A stretch of DNA of 64,000 nucleotides, from assembly GCF_009914755.1 (NCBI RefSeq), contig NC_060945.1; one strand, 5' to 3'. A program made the position numbers and the translations under genes. The notes under the pieces were generated by a model. It was not told the DNA's origin, ran no database searches, and saw only the letters and a program-made list of their open reading frames with translations. The stretch comes from the human T2T-CHM13v2.0 reference genome, Homo sapiens. Shown one piece after another: positions 31,897-44,739 of this stretch (the stretch's first letter is position 1; every line of letters starts with the position of its first letter).

Positions 31897-33129
31897 AGAT
31901 CTCAAGGCCTCCCAAGGAGGACAGACTCTGAGGCAGGTCTGAATTTAAACATGGCGTCTCGCCCCTGCCTTTGCCTGACTGAAGGGCATTCTCTGTGGGG
32001 GCACAGAGCTCTCTGCAGCTGAAAAGAAGGCCTACGGCTCAGCATTTCAGGAGTGGGCACTGCTCCAGTATTAGCTAGGAACACAAAGTGCCTGTAGAGG
32101 TTTGAAAAAGACTGCAGGCACTGGCAAAACAAGCCCCCGCAGGTGATGAGACCCATCCTTCACTGTCACCAGAGCAAAGAATGTAGTTCAGTTACTTCCC
32201 TAAGAGGAGCACGAGGTTCTCTGGCAGGATTCAAGATGAGACTGGTGTTAGAGGGATGGATGGGAAACAGTATTAGTTTACTACACCACCCCTGACCCCC
32301 AGAAAACAAAGGTATCCCCAGAGATAGAAGTTCATTCAGCTTCTAGAAGGCTCTAAATGTTTGCACAACTTGGTTCTTCTCTCCCAGGCACTAACCTCTA
32401 CTCCTGCCCAGTTGTTGGTCTGTCAGTCTCTTTCCTCGAACCAGAGCAATAACATTTTGACAGTGTTTAGAGCCAAGCTTGGAAACAAAGGTAGACAAGT
32501 TTCTGGCTTCACTTTCTGAATTTCTTTCTCTTTCCCTCGCGCAAGGTAAGAGCAGAGCCTGCCAACAGTTTGCTAATTGTCTCCAAGTGAAAAGATTGTT
32601 TAATTCAGAAGAGATTTTAGACTCCCAGGGGCATGACACCCGTCATTTCACAATGGAGAATTATTTTTGTGGTATTTATTTTATGATTCCTGACCCTTGT
32701 TCTAGATCTTGCTGGTGTGTTTTCATTTAAAATGTATTAACTGAGACTTGGCATAGGCACTTGGCTCCATTAAGCTCTACAACAGCTTAATCCAGATTTT
32801 ATTATATTGGGACTTGAGTATACAAACTTTAAGATGAGAGGAAGCTTAAGGATAAATAGAGTAATTTTAATACTTACTATGCATTTAACTCTTTTGGTTC
32901 CCTCTAGGCAATTTTCTGGAGTGTTTGTGACTGGACTTTAACATTTCCAAAATGTGGCGACAGTGACTGTTAAGTCTTCCCAAAGACGAGGGTTCCTGGG
33001 AGCCCCAGGGTAAGTGGCAGACTAAGGTGAGCATTTAGGGTCATGATTGCTTTAGGTCAACAGCCATGCATTGGGCCTGTCTAGTGGATGCAGAGCCCTG
33101 CCAGGCATCACGGAGAAGGCAGCCTTGAC

Positions 33130-34090
33130 TCTCCTCTGGGCTCCAGGACATTAATATTTAACTGCCTCCTTGCCAGCTCTGTTTGCTGCTCTCCCAAACT
33201 CCTCAACATTAACACTTCCAAAGTGGATCTCCTGACCTTCCCCTCAAACCTGACCCTCCAGTGTATTCCCCTTACAAAAACAAAATCACTGTCCACCTAT
33301 TTTAGTTGCTCCTGCAGTAATATCTCCTGCACTACAACCAGAGCCTGTTGGCTCCTCCTTCTCAGTATGTCTGCAATCTGTCTACTTCTCTCCATCTCAA
33401 CTGCCCTGCCAGGTCCAGCACCAACAGTTCTCACCTAGAGTCTCCCACTCCCCATTAGCCTCCTACCTGTCTTCTCACATCCATTTGTGGCCTCCACTTC
33501 TGCAGCTAGAGTGATCTCCTCTAAGTAGAAACCAAATCAGCCTACAACCTTGCCCCAAACCCATCAATGGATTCCCACTGCACTTGGCTTAAAATGGAAG
33601 TGTTCACACTTCCTGAAGACCCTGTGGATCTACCCCTCTTTACCTTCCAGCTCCTTGCATGCCCTTGTCTCCACTTCTTACTGGGCTCAGTCAGACCCCA
33701 CCAGTCCCCAAATCATTCCCTGGCTAAGGCTCCTTCATCTTTCAGGCTATTTCCTCTGTGAGGCCTTTCCTGATCCCCTCCTAACCTAACTGAGGCCTCT
33801 GTTATACTCTTTCATAGCACCCTGTGCTTCTTTTCCAACCTCCATGGTTCTTCTTTCCCACACACAAACCCTCTACTCCTGCCCAGTTGTTGGTCTGTCA
33901 GTCTCCTGTACAATCACGGTGTGTACTTTTATATTTATTGTTGTAATTGTGAATTTAACACCTGTCCCTTCCATCAGACTCTAAGTTCCTTAAAGGTCGA
34001 GGCCCTATCTGTTTTGCTCAGAACTAGAAATTCAGCAACTGGAACAGTGCCTGGTACATCCTCAATAAATATTGGTTGAATCCATAAATT
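33130..34090 (+). mobile_element. L2a 3' region
   Basis: cagctagagtgatct...aatggattcccactgcac...aggcctttcctgatcc...acagtgcctggtacat..caataaatattggttgaat. Confidence 0.8.
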
Positions 34091-35013
34091 TAAAAATGGA
34101 ATGGTTACTGCTTTCAAGGAGTTGATGATCACTGCCCCCAGGAAAAACCCACTGAGCCTCACCCATGTCCACTCTAGATAAGGAGAAAAATAAATATCTG
34201 AAAAAACTCAAGAACTGCTCAAAGCATTGTGAAATAAAGTGAAAATCCATATCTTGGAAAATCCAGAGGACTTATCCAAAGTCTGGTGAGTCTAACCATG
34301 TTAAGGTCATGGACTGGCGGCAGGTGGGGAGAGAGGTACCTTTCTCAGAATGATCTTTTCATCCATAACCACAAATTTCAGAGAGCTGAGAAAAGGGCTG
34401 AGTGGAGAGGGAATCCACAGAAATGTGGGTGTTGGCCACCTAGCTAGGTCCTCTTCTGGGTCCTGTTGGAAGTCCTCTTGTTAATCCATTAAGGTCTATG
34501 CATTCGTGGTTCCAGGCATCCTGCTGGGGAAACCCCCAACCACACCCTCCAAGGAGATGCGGGTCTGCTCTCATTTCCTGTCCTCTCCAGATTTCTGGAG
34601 CCCCCAGGTTGAGTGTCATGGGGGAACTCCATGGATACTCAGCAGCTACTGGTAGGAAGTCCTTCTTCGTCTCCAGCTGACTGCTGGAGCTGAGCTCCTT
34701 TGGGCTGGGCTCCTTTTCCAGGAGGTAAAATAAAATGTGCTTACTTGTTCCTAGCTGCAATTGTTTAATTGACTTGTTTTCAAGTTTTCATGTGGGCCTA
34801 GAGAGCTCGTATGTGAAGGAAACTTTTAATAATGGGTTTGAAAACAATAGTTTATAGAAAATTAGAAAGAAAAATATAAAGATTGATGAGGGCCTTTTGC
34901 TTCATGGCTGCTGGCTTATTCTAAAGGGATTCAAAGAGTTCACACTTTAGGGCCATATCTGTCTGCTTTTCCCAAGAGCAAATACGATGCCACAAATTTA
35001 GGATGGTGGTTTG

Positions 35014-35378
35014 TGCTATAGACTGAATGTTTGTATCTCCCCAAATGTTTGTGTTGAAGCCCTAACTCTCAGTGTAATGGTCTTTGGAGGTGGGGCTTTT
35101 GTTGGGGGTGATTAGGTCATGAAGGTGACCCTCATGAATGGAATTAGTGCCCTTATGAGAAGAGACTCTGGAGGGTGCTCTTTCTCCTTCCTCCATGTGA
35201 GGACACAAGGAGGGGTTGGCAGTTTGCAGCCTGGAAGACAGCCCTCCCTAGGACGAGACCAGACTGTCACACCAATCTTAGACTTCCAGCCTCCAGAACT
35301 GTGCAAAATAAATGTCTGTTGTTCATAAGCTACCCAGTCCGTGACACTTTGTTACAGTAACCCAAAAGGACTAAGACA
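35014..35378 (+). mobile_element. MLT1A0 solo LTR
   Basis: tgctatagactgaatgtttg...ggactaagaca; perfect TSD gtttg. Confidence 0.92.
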
Positions 35379-35682
35379 GTTTGTAAAACACTAAAGGGAG
35401 AGAACCAGGTATTCCAAAAAGATGCACAAAGTCTTTTTTTGGTCAACATTTTTAGTAATGAGCTATTCAGGGCAAAGCTTGACAAGCTAATGGAGAATCT
35501 AGATAGGCCCCTGGAGGCCCAGGCCTTGGCTTAATCCCCCCAGGGCCCACACTGAATAACAGGATAAACAGAAGTAAACAGAATAAACTTTTCCCCAGCC
35601 AGCTCCCAGGAGGGCAGCACATCTCCACTAGCTTCTTGAGCACCTTTTTGTTATGTTATGCTGCTGAAAACTGAAAGGGAAT

Positions 35683-36102
35683 TGCTATGGTGTGGATACT
35701 AGTCCCCTTCAAACCTGATGTTAAAATTTGACCCCCAGTGTTGGAGGTGGATCCTAATGGGAGGTGTTTGGGTCATGGAGGTGGATCCCTTGTGAACAGG
35801 TTAATACCCTCCCCTGGGGGTAAGTGAGTTCTTTCTCTGTTAGTTCCCTCAAGAGCTGGCTATTGAAACATGCCTGGCACCTTCCCCCTTGCTTGCCGTC
35901 TGGCCATGTGATCTCTGCACAACAGGCTCCACTTTGCCTTCTGCTATGAGTGGAAACAGCCTGAGGCCCTTGCCAGAAGTAGAGCAGATGCTGGTGCCAT
36001 GCTTCTTGTATAGCCTGCAGAACCATGAGCTAAATAAACCTTTCTTTATAATTTACCCAATCTCAGGAATTCCTTTATAGCAACACTGAACAGAAGAAGA
36101 CA
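35683..36102 (+). mobile_element. MSTB1-type solo LTR
   Basis: tgctatggtgtggat...gcagaaccatgagctaaataaacc...aagaca; TSD ggaat/agaat. Confidence 0.9.
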
Positions 36103-36182
36103 AGAATATTCTCAAGAGCTCTTCTAGCCTGACTCACTTCAAAAAGGAAGTGAAGAATAAGAAACACCTTGTATAGTTGGAT

Positions 36183-36295
36183 CCAAAGAGGTTAAGTGTG
36201 TGACTTTTGGCAAGGTCACACAGCTAGCAAACAGCAGAGCTGATGCTAGAACCTGGCCACTTTGAAACCAGACCTGTGTTCTTAACTCCTACGTC
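36183..36295 (-). mobile_element. MIR fragment
   Basis: agaggttaagtg..caaggtcacacagctagcaaac. Confidence 0.7.
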
Positions 36296-37759
36296 ATATC
36301 CTGCCACCAGTCTACCGTCCATGGTCCTCAGTATTTGGTGTTATGGTTCAGTGTTTCATTGTTGTGAAATCCCCTATTGTTTCTCTTCTTTTCCAACTAC
36401 TCCCCACTTCCCACAACTCCCTAACAGTCCAATATGAAATAAAACTGGAGTAGCTTTCCTTTTAGAGAATGTTCTAACCTCTCAGTCTTCCACCCCACCT
36501 CCCTCCCTGCCCATCATAACAGTAATTGGAGACATGCTGGACTGTACATGTGCATGAATTGAGAGGTCTTGACACCAAGGTTGAGAAACTAAAGCATTTA
36601 GAACTTCATGACTGTTCCTCACACAAGACAATTCCCTTTCATTTGTTGTGCAAAAATGTGCCTGAAACATGGAACATAATCTTCCCTATTCCCAGAGATA
36701 CTATGCTGGCCTTCTGTTAGCAGCATTATTTTCTTTGGAGCATCAAATACGTATACAGAAGGATTTAATTATGTTTTAGCAAATCTCAGTGAGAAAGATC
36801 TAGTACAAAAAGTCTATCTCATTTCAAGTAAAGGCCATATGCAAAAATTTTATCCAATTTTAAGTCATACAATCTTATTATATTTTAAGTGGTTTTATAA
36901 GTTGCTTAAAATGTTTTGGACAAAATGGTAGGCTGTTTAAGTAATAAAATATATGCGTGCACGCACACACAAATCTGAATTCACTGAGAGCAAATCTATA
37001 AAGGGTAAGGATACTGGAATTGAGAACACAGAACTAGAACCTAAAATAATATTTCTTCTTGTACTAGTGATAAAAGAATATGTGCTATTTTCCCACTGAA
37101 ACAAAAGTAATGTTAATTACGGAGCCACATATAATGTGAAATGTGATCGTGCTTGTGATCTGCCTAAGTCACTACTCTACTTTCAAGGTAGGAGGATGAA
37201 AATTCTCAATCCCTTTCCCTCTCCATCTGCTGCATGTATTCTGTGAGAGTGTCAAGAACGATTTGATGTCTCACAGTTGTGTTTCTCCCTCTGGTGCTGC
37301 TCTGTGCGTTCCCTGAGAGGAAGCCACCTGCTTACTGTCTTCTCTAACTGTAGGGTTCACCCAGCTACCTCCCTTTCCCGAGAGTTCAAATGGGTAGATT
37401 CACAAATGGCACAGATGGAGAAACAAATTAACTTTAGTACAGATGCTGGCATCGATATTCCTGGGATTGAACTGCTTCCAAGCCAGAAATAATCCTCAAG
37501 CTTTCAAAACTGGAAAATCAGATGCAATTTACTCTCCTTGTCAGATGGCTGGATGTGGTACAATGCCCACTGGAAAGACCAATGGGAAAAGTGTGAGCCA
37601 TTCAGGTGGCTTGGATATGAATAGCTTTAAAATTAGGCACACTATTGTGTCACTAGGATTTTCTACTAAGCTATCAGATGATTTTTTTTTGAATTTGAAA
37701 TATGGACAACTGATTGGATTCTGAGCCCAAAACGAATTGTCTCTAAAAGCCAATTGGTT

Positions 37760-37900
37760 TATGCATTTATTCAATAAACACTTATTGCATATATGCTAGG
37801 TGATATAGGGCAACGAGAAGTAAGACATGATCCTTACACTCACTGCACAGTGACTCATGTGGGAGATGAGTGTGGACACAGATGGCTATGCTACCTTTTG
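37760..37900 (-). mobile_element. L2 3' end (probably continues ~38640-38900)
   Basis: catttattcaataaacacttattg...aagacatgatcct. Confidence 0.55.
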
Positions 37901-37950
37901 ATAATGTGCTGTGATTGTCCCCACCTGGGGAGGAAGGGCAGTTTCCTGGC

Positions 37951-38362
37951 TGTTAGGAGCTTAATTGTGGGTCCCCCTCAAATTTATATGATGAAGCCTC
38001 AATCCACAGCACCTGAGACTGTAACTATATTTGGAGATAGAGCCTTGAATAAGGCAATTAAGTTAAAATGAGATGGTTGGGGTGGGCCCTTATCCCATCT
38101 GACTGGTATCCTTACAAGAAGAGGAAATTTGAACACATGAAGAGACAGCAGGGGTGTGAACACACAGAGGAAAAAGACCATGTGAGGACATAGTGAGAAG
38201 GCGGCCATCTGCAAACCAAGGAGAGAGACCTCGGAAGAGACCAACCCTGGCAACACCTTGATCTTGATTTCCAGACTCCAGAAGTGTGAGACAATACATT
38301 TCTGCTGTCTAGGCCACCTGGTCTGTCGTATTTTGTTACGGAAGCTTGAGCAGACTGATACA
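37951..38362 (+). mobile_element. MLT1A/MLT1B solo LTR
   Basis: tatttggagatagagcc...ccatgtgaggacatagtgagaaggcggccatctgcaaaccaagg...cagactgataca. Confidence 0.9.
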
Positions 38363-38379
38363 CCTGGACTCACCCCCCT

Positions 38380-38585
38380 CCATCTCATTACCTATTGCTT
38401 TATTTTATTTTTGTTTCAGTATGTGTTGCTATTTGAAATTATGGTGTTTCTATTCCATTTCTTTCCAGTAGAATACCAACTCCACAAGGGCAGGGACTTA
38501 GCTTTATTCACCACTCATTCCCAGTCTCTGGAATAGTGGAATAGTGCCTAGCACATTGTAGGTGCTCAACAAAAAGGTGTTATGA
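38380..38585 (+). mobile_element. L2a 3' end
   Basis: ctccacaagggcagggact...agtgcctagcacattgtaggtgctcaacaaa. Confidence 0.75.
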
Positions 38586-39964
38586 GCAAAGGGTTGTGGC
38601 AGTGGCAAGGAGGGGGAGATTTCCTGGGGCAAAAGGATGGTGGTGTGGGCTGGAGGGAAGAAGCCTTCCCTAAGAAGAGGCGTCTGGATGGTTGAGTCTC
38701 GCCGGGCAGAGAAAGTGAAGCAAACGCATCCCTGGAAGAAGAGACAACGTGAGCAAAAGCTCAAAGGTGTGAAAATGACGTCAGATGGAAAAGTAGGTCA
38801 CTGAGACGGGATTTTAGGTGAGCCGGGGGTGGGGCAGGAGAGGAAACTTCAGGGAGAAAGGTTGGGCCAGATTATGAAAAGGTCTAGCTCCTGTACAAAG
38901 TGAAAAATGATGTGGATTCACCAAGCTGTCAGAAGGATAATGGCATCCTTTCTGTGACTATATGGAATACATACATCTATTCTACTATAAGGGATTTATT
39001 TATATCTATATTCCATATAGTCACATATAGTATATATTTACATCTATATTCCAAATAGTCACATATATAGTATATATGTGTAACTATATAGTATATATGT
39101 ATACATGTAAATAAACTGTCTGTGTGTGCACTGTGTGCACATGTGCCTGTGTGTGTACAATACATGTTCACTGAGCATTTCACACACGGTAAATAACTAG
39201 GGAAATTAGTTCCCTTGTCATAGTATGTCAAGGAATTTATCCTACAGTGCTTAAAGGACCCCATGAGGTATTTAACAAGCGGAGGGGATAATTTTGAAAA
39301 GCACCAGAGAAAATACGGAGGACGGATCAGGCAAGAACCTGTAACAGGAAGGCCAGGTCAGGGGTGGGAAGTCACAGGTGCTAATGCCCAACTTAAGGCA
39401 ATGCCAATTTGGAGAGGCAGGAAAGCCTCCATTCAAGGGATATTGAGCCAGTCGAGGCATAGGTCTTAGTATCCATGCAGATGTAGGGAGTAAAGGAGAA
39501 AGGAACCAAGGATGTCTTTAAAATGCCTTGCCTTTCACCATGTTTATTGTCATTGACATTATAAGATATATCTGGTCTTTGTTTGCTTGTTTGTTTTGTT
39601 AACTGCCTTCTTGAGGCCTTTGGTGACTTTTCTCTCTATTGTATTTCATGAATACATGGCTAAAACTGTACCTAGCTGATATTAAATATGCAATCAGTAT
39701 TTACGACTGAATTAATGAATGAGTGGAAATGTTCTTTGACCTAGATAAGGAATGCAGGAGAAATATCAAGTTTGGGTAAAGAGGTATGAAAGAAAGCAGA
39801 AAAATAAAGATCCAGGAGGTGACGCCCATGGGCCATTTTGCACCTGGAGACAAGTCAGGTTTTTGGCTGCAGATGCTAGAATCATGTTGGAGTCGTTAAT
39901 ATGTTGTTGGTAGATGTGAATGAGATCACTCAGGGAAGAGACCCAGGTGGAGAATGAGAATATG

Positions 39965-40080
39965 CAGGAGACTGAGGCAGGAGGATTGTTTGAGCCTAGG
40001 AGTTGCAGGTTGCAGTGAGCTGTGATGGCACCACGCTCCAGCCTGTGTGACAGAGTGAGACCCTGGCTCAGCAAATAAAA
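39965..40080 (+). mobile_element. 5'-truncated AluJ right arm
   Basis: gaggcaggaggattgtttgagcctaggagtt..gcagtgagctgtgatggcacc; TSD-like agaatga(g/a)aat. Confidence 0.85.
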
Positions 40081-40301
40081 AGAATGAAAATTGGGTGCAC
40101 ACAAATATGCAAAGGGGGTTAAAGGAGAGAGATGGAACCAAGGCAGGAGATGAAGAAGACTTGCTGGAAGTATCAAAGGAAAACCACCACAGCATGCTGC
40201 CCTAAACCATAGGAGGAGAACACTTCAAGGAGGGCAGTGTCAAATGACCATGAAATCCTGTGACACAATAGTTTTATGATCCAAATTTTGATGGAGAGAT
40301 G

Positions 40302-40744
40302 CAGTGGTGTGTTAGAGCTATGTGCTAGGGCCGGCTTTCAAGAGCTGATTATTAACTTTTCAGGAATTTCATGAGCTATTATTAAATAAAATTTTGTAAT
40401 TCGTTACAATTAAATTTTGATTAGATTAAAATTAAATTTTATAAGCTTACAATTAAATACATTGTATTAAAAACAATGATAATAAATATTCAAAACTCCT
40501 CATTTTCTAATGATTTTATTTCATTTTACTATTATCTATACTTTATTGTCCCTGTGTGTAAATACTACATGATGCTTGTGCTGTTGATTACGCACCTCTT
40601 CTCCTCTGTATTCGGTGATGTCATGTTGGTAGCTTGAACTCAACCATGATAGGAGTATTTAAACCACGGCAATTGGCAAAGGCTGTAAGTCAGAGCTCTT
40701 CTTTCCAGAGAGCTGGTTGTTAAACATTTACTGGCACACCACTG
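40302..40744 (+). mobile_element. MER63B (hAT-Blackjack) MITE
   Basis: TIRs cagtggtgtg/cacaccactg; MER63 body. Confidence 0.85.
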
Positions 40745-41397
40745 TCCGAAGGGAAAAGGAAAGATCCAGTGTAAGTTTCATTTAGATTAAGGACAACGGA
40801 GTAAGAAGCCACTGGAGATGGCAGTGGAGGAGCTAGCGACAGATGGAACCCTGATGAAGCAGGACTCAGAGGAGGTGGTGGGCTGAGTCCCAGAGCCTGG
40901 ACGTAGGGAGGGCTCATTGTACACAGATATGGCAGAAGTTCCATCTAAGTATGTAACAAAATAATGAGACTTTTTAGTCATACACTCAGAGAATATTTGG
41001 TCTTCCATTTAGTCCACTGCCCTTAGTAACATTTTAAAATTCCCTTTAAAAATTTGTCTTTGACTGTATGACCATATTGCCATCTCGGCGAGACAGACCA
41101 GCAGCCTGTTTATCTCACGTAAACCCTCTTCCTTAGCAAATTGTTGGACAGGCAATTCTTTTTTGTGTTCCTTGCACCTCAAGATAATTGTGGCAGGCTA
41201 GACTGCTTCAATATGGGCAATTTCAATGGAATATCTGCAGATCCAATTTACATGGCACTAAATAGTTTCATAAGTACCTAGGACAAGTTAAAAGAGGGAA
41301 CTTTTTCTCAACCTTTTAAAGCCTCGCTTTTGATAAACATACAAAGCTCACATTCTTTAAAAATATTATTTGAGCTTCAAATTCAACTATACATAAT

Positions 41398-41425
41398 CAC
41401 ACACACACACACACACACACACACA
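41398..41425. repeat. (CA)14 microsatellite
   Basis: Direct read. Confidence 0.95.
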
Positions 41426-41679
41426 ATTGGGCGAAACACTACACTGTTTTTAAATTATGCATGCCTCCACCTTCTAGCATTGCCTCTCCCTTCTCAGGAG
41501 AGTGTGCAGCCTACAAGTTGAGAATAGTAGGATTTATAAACTAAGCAATGAAGGTCAAACAGGCCCATCTAAAAGGCAAGTGAAATAAAAGCTGAGGAAT
41601 TGCAGTAACTGAACTGCTACATCCCCAGTTCTTTACATCACACACTCTCCTATGGAGGCAGGAAATGCTGTCTTTCACT

Positions 41680-42110
41680 CTGTGCATTGCTATGTTTTCT
41701 CCTCTTGCCATTTAAAATGATTTTGCATGATACTCCTCAGATTGCATAATCATCTCTATAACTGTCATTCCTAGTGACCACTTAATATTCCATTATATTA
41801 ATAGAGTACAGTCTGCCTAAGCCATTTCCTCACAGTTGGGTACCTGGGCTGTTTCTAATTATTCATTTTACTATATGGGAGGGCTCAACACATCTTTTTA
41901 CAGATATTTTTGTTTCCTTGGAATTATTCCTTGGGACATGTTTCTCCAATAGCCCTACTAGGTCAAAGAGTAGGATAATTTTTATGACATGTCACATATT
42001 GCAAAATTGCTCTTGAAATGATTTCTTTTTTCAATTTATGGTGCCGCCAGCAAAGTTGAGTGTGTCTTCTTCCCCAAAGCCCTGTCAACAAACAATTTTG
42101 TCATTTTTAT
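41680..42110 (-). mobile_element. Old L1ME fragment
   Basis: aatattccatt...gccatttcct..gttgggtacctgggctgtttcta...ctaggtcaaagagta...ccagcaa. Confidence 0.65.
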
Positions 42111-44324
42111 TCATTTCCCCTGTTGTTCTCCTGATTGTAGCACAATCCATGTAGCTAAGGAGATGCAATCAGGGAAAAAAATCTTCCCCTAATTAAAGCC
42201 TGGTGCAGCAATATGTGGGTGGTTTTAATATATATCATAAAGAGTTAAGAAACATTCTATCATTCAAGAACAAAAATGAAAAAAACATAGGGTTTTTTTG
42301 GGTTGTCCTTATAAAGGGTTAGGAACAAAAGAAAGAACATACATAAGACTACACAAACAGGGAAATGATGAGAAGCATTGTATAAAATAAAACAAGAATG
42401 TAAATATTCTTGCTTTATTTTCAGCACTTCATGAAGCAAAAGCATTACTGGAATTACTAAATCTGAAAAAGCTAAGCTGTAGAGTAAGCCTTGTCTTTGT
42501 TATTTCTGTTAAATATGTTAAATTAAACACGATATATGGGGTATTATCTTTCTCTCCATTTGGCTTGAAATCTGCTTTCTCTCTCAATAGACATAATCCA
42601 AAATAAGAGCAATGAAAGCGCTATTGAACTGGATTTTGCATTTTTAAGAGTGTTCATTATTTATATAGTAATCCCTAAAGACCTCGTGTGGTACCTCTGG
42701 TGTTTGTAACGGACAATGGATGTATACAGCACATTCCTTCAAGAGGACTGCTGTATTCATACTTTATTATTTTTGGACATTTAAAAAAGATTTCCTCTAA
42801 AGGAACGAGACTTGTGTTTTTAGGTTTCATGGAGAATTTTCTAAAAGGAAACAACTGCAATCAAGGTAGCTACCAGATTATTTCACAAATTGCAATTTTA
42901 TATTCCTAGGGTAGAAAAAATATCTCTAAGGCTGCATATATTGTACTCTCCTTTTAGTTGCTTATTAGACTTTTAACTTCTATGATCTCAAGCTTTTAAA
43001 TTGTTGACTATTGAGAAGTTTCTGGAACACGTTTAGTGCGGCGAGATTTCCCAACACACATTTTTACTGACTGGGTGCCCCTCCTTGGAACAAAGAGCCT
43101 GTGCCTCCATAGCACAGTGAGGTACAACATTGAGGCACCTTCCAGGTAACCCAGGCCAGAAGAACAGCTTCTGCCCCAAGTAGTGGACTTGGTTTATCTT
43201 CATGAGGTGGAATTAAATTCCATTACTTTTTCTCTGATGTTCAGGTCAGCTCCTTCTCTTGACAGCAACTCTCCATATTGGGAGTGTTTATGCCTTGGAA
43301 ATTGGCAAATGCTACTAATCAAGTCCTTCACCCACCAAGAGAGGGTTGCTGAACGTTTACCAGCACACCGCTGTAAATTCCATTACTCTTTCTTTCTGAG
43401 AAATGACTTATTTTTCTCTGTTTTAGCCTAGCTAACATCCCTGTCTGAGAGAGGAGAACTTATTTTTCCCTATTTTAGCTTAGCCAACAACCCTAATGCA
43501 TTGGACATACACTTCCCTTTGGGAAATGGCCCCATCTTGGTCTCTGAGACCTTTTCTCTAGTTCTTCTACCCTCTGGGGACTTCTTATCTGGAAACATTT
43601 GTGGCTCTTCTTCCTCCTGCCTTCAGATGCCAGTGTGTGCCAAGCTTAAGCCTTCTTTTCTGTGTGTCTTTCTCCAGAGAGCTCATGCATCTCAAGGCTT
43701 CTGCCAGCTCTGGACTGAAACCCCAAAATGGACATTTCCAATCACATTCCTCTCCCACAGGCTCCAACCTTGTATCTCCTGACAGTTGTCCACAGTGTCA
43801 CTGCTGTAGACCTTTCCCCTGGTGCATCTCCCTGGCCATTGCCTCCCATGCAGCAGATTTGAGAACTCATCTTCCTTCCCAGGATGTTCAGGTCAGCTCC
43901 TTCTCTCAGCAGCAACTCCCCTCTCAGCCAACCAGACTTACCTCCTGCACCTTTAATGGGCCCTTCTCTGAATTCCCAAAGCTGGGTGCCATATTGTGCT
44001 GGGTTTACTTAAAGATATCCCTCATGTTAGTCTCCCCATCTCCACCCAATCTGTCACCCCAATTTTAAGCTCCTCTTCCTGCCCCGCCTTTGAGTGCACA
44101 CTCCTTCCCCAGTCTGTCCTGTGCACCCCCCTCCAGCTTCCTGAAACATCATGGCAGCTCCATGCTTGGGGGCTCTCAATCCTACTACATTCCCTCTACA
44201 CCAGGTTCCTTGTCTTTCTTGGTCTTTATGATCTGGCTCTATGAAGTGAATGTTATTTCCCTCAAACCTCCTGCATGAATCATTCCCGTGGGACGGTTTT
44301 CCTGTTTTGAATCTGGGCCATAAT

Positions 44325-44739
44325 CATGTGCAGGAACTCTCTCTCATACAGGCTCTCAAGAGCCTGTGCTAAAATTTTCAGGAAGCTTGTGAGCCAGTTG
44401 GTAAACACAGTTGTCATTATACAGTAAATGATATAAACTTACAATTAAATAAATTAGGTTTAAAAAGTTAATAAATACTTAAAACTCATAGCTTCCAAAT
44501 AGTTTTACCATTATCTGTGCTCCTGAGATCATGCACGGCTGTTGTATCTTAATGGTGGAAATACTCTATGATGGTTTGCTAATGCCCATCCCTTCCAACT
44601 ACCCATTCCGTGATGTCATGCTGGTCACTTGAGATTAGCCATATTGGGAGTGTTTATGCCTTGGAAATTGGCAAATGCTACTAATCAAGTCCCTCACCCA
44701 CCAAGAGAGGGTTGCTGAACCTTTACCGGCACACTGCTG
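44325..44739 (+). mobile_element. MER63B MITE
   Basis: ctcatacaggctctcaagagcc..aaattttcagga...aaacttacaattaaataaatt...tttaccggcacactgctg. Confidence 0.85.

Noticed and set aside
43601-44068. 155-aa ORF
   Set aside because: Non-ATG start and low-complexity S/P/L/C composition from pyrimidine-rich DNA; no domain recognised
40302-44739. Two MER63B copies as a local segmental duplication
   Set aside because: They are strongly diverged from each other and their flanks do not match; independent insertions
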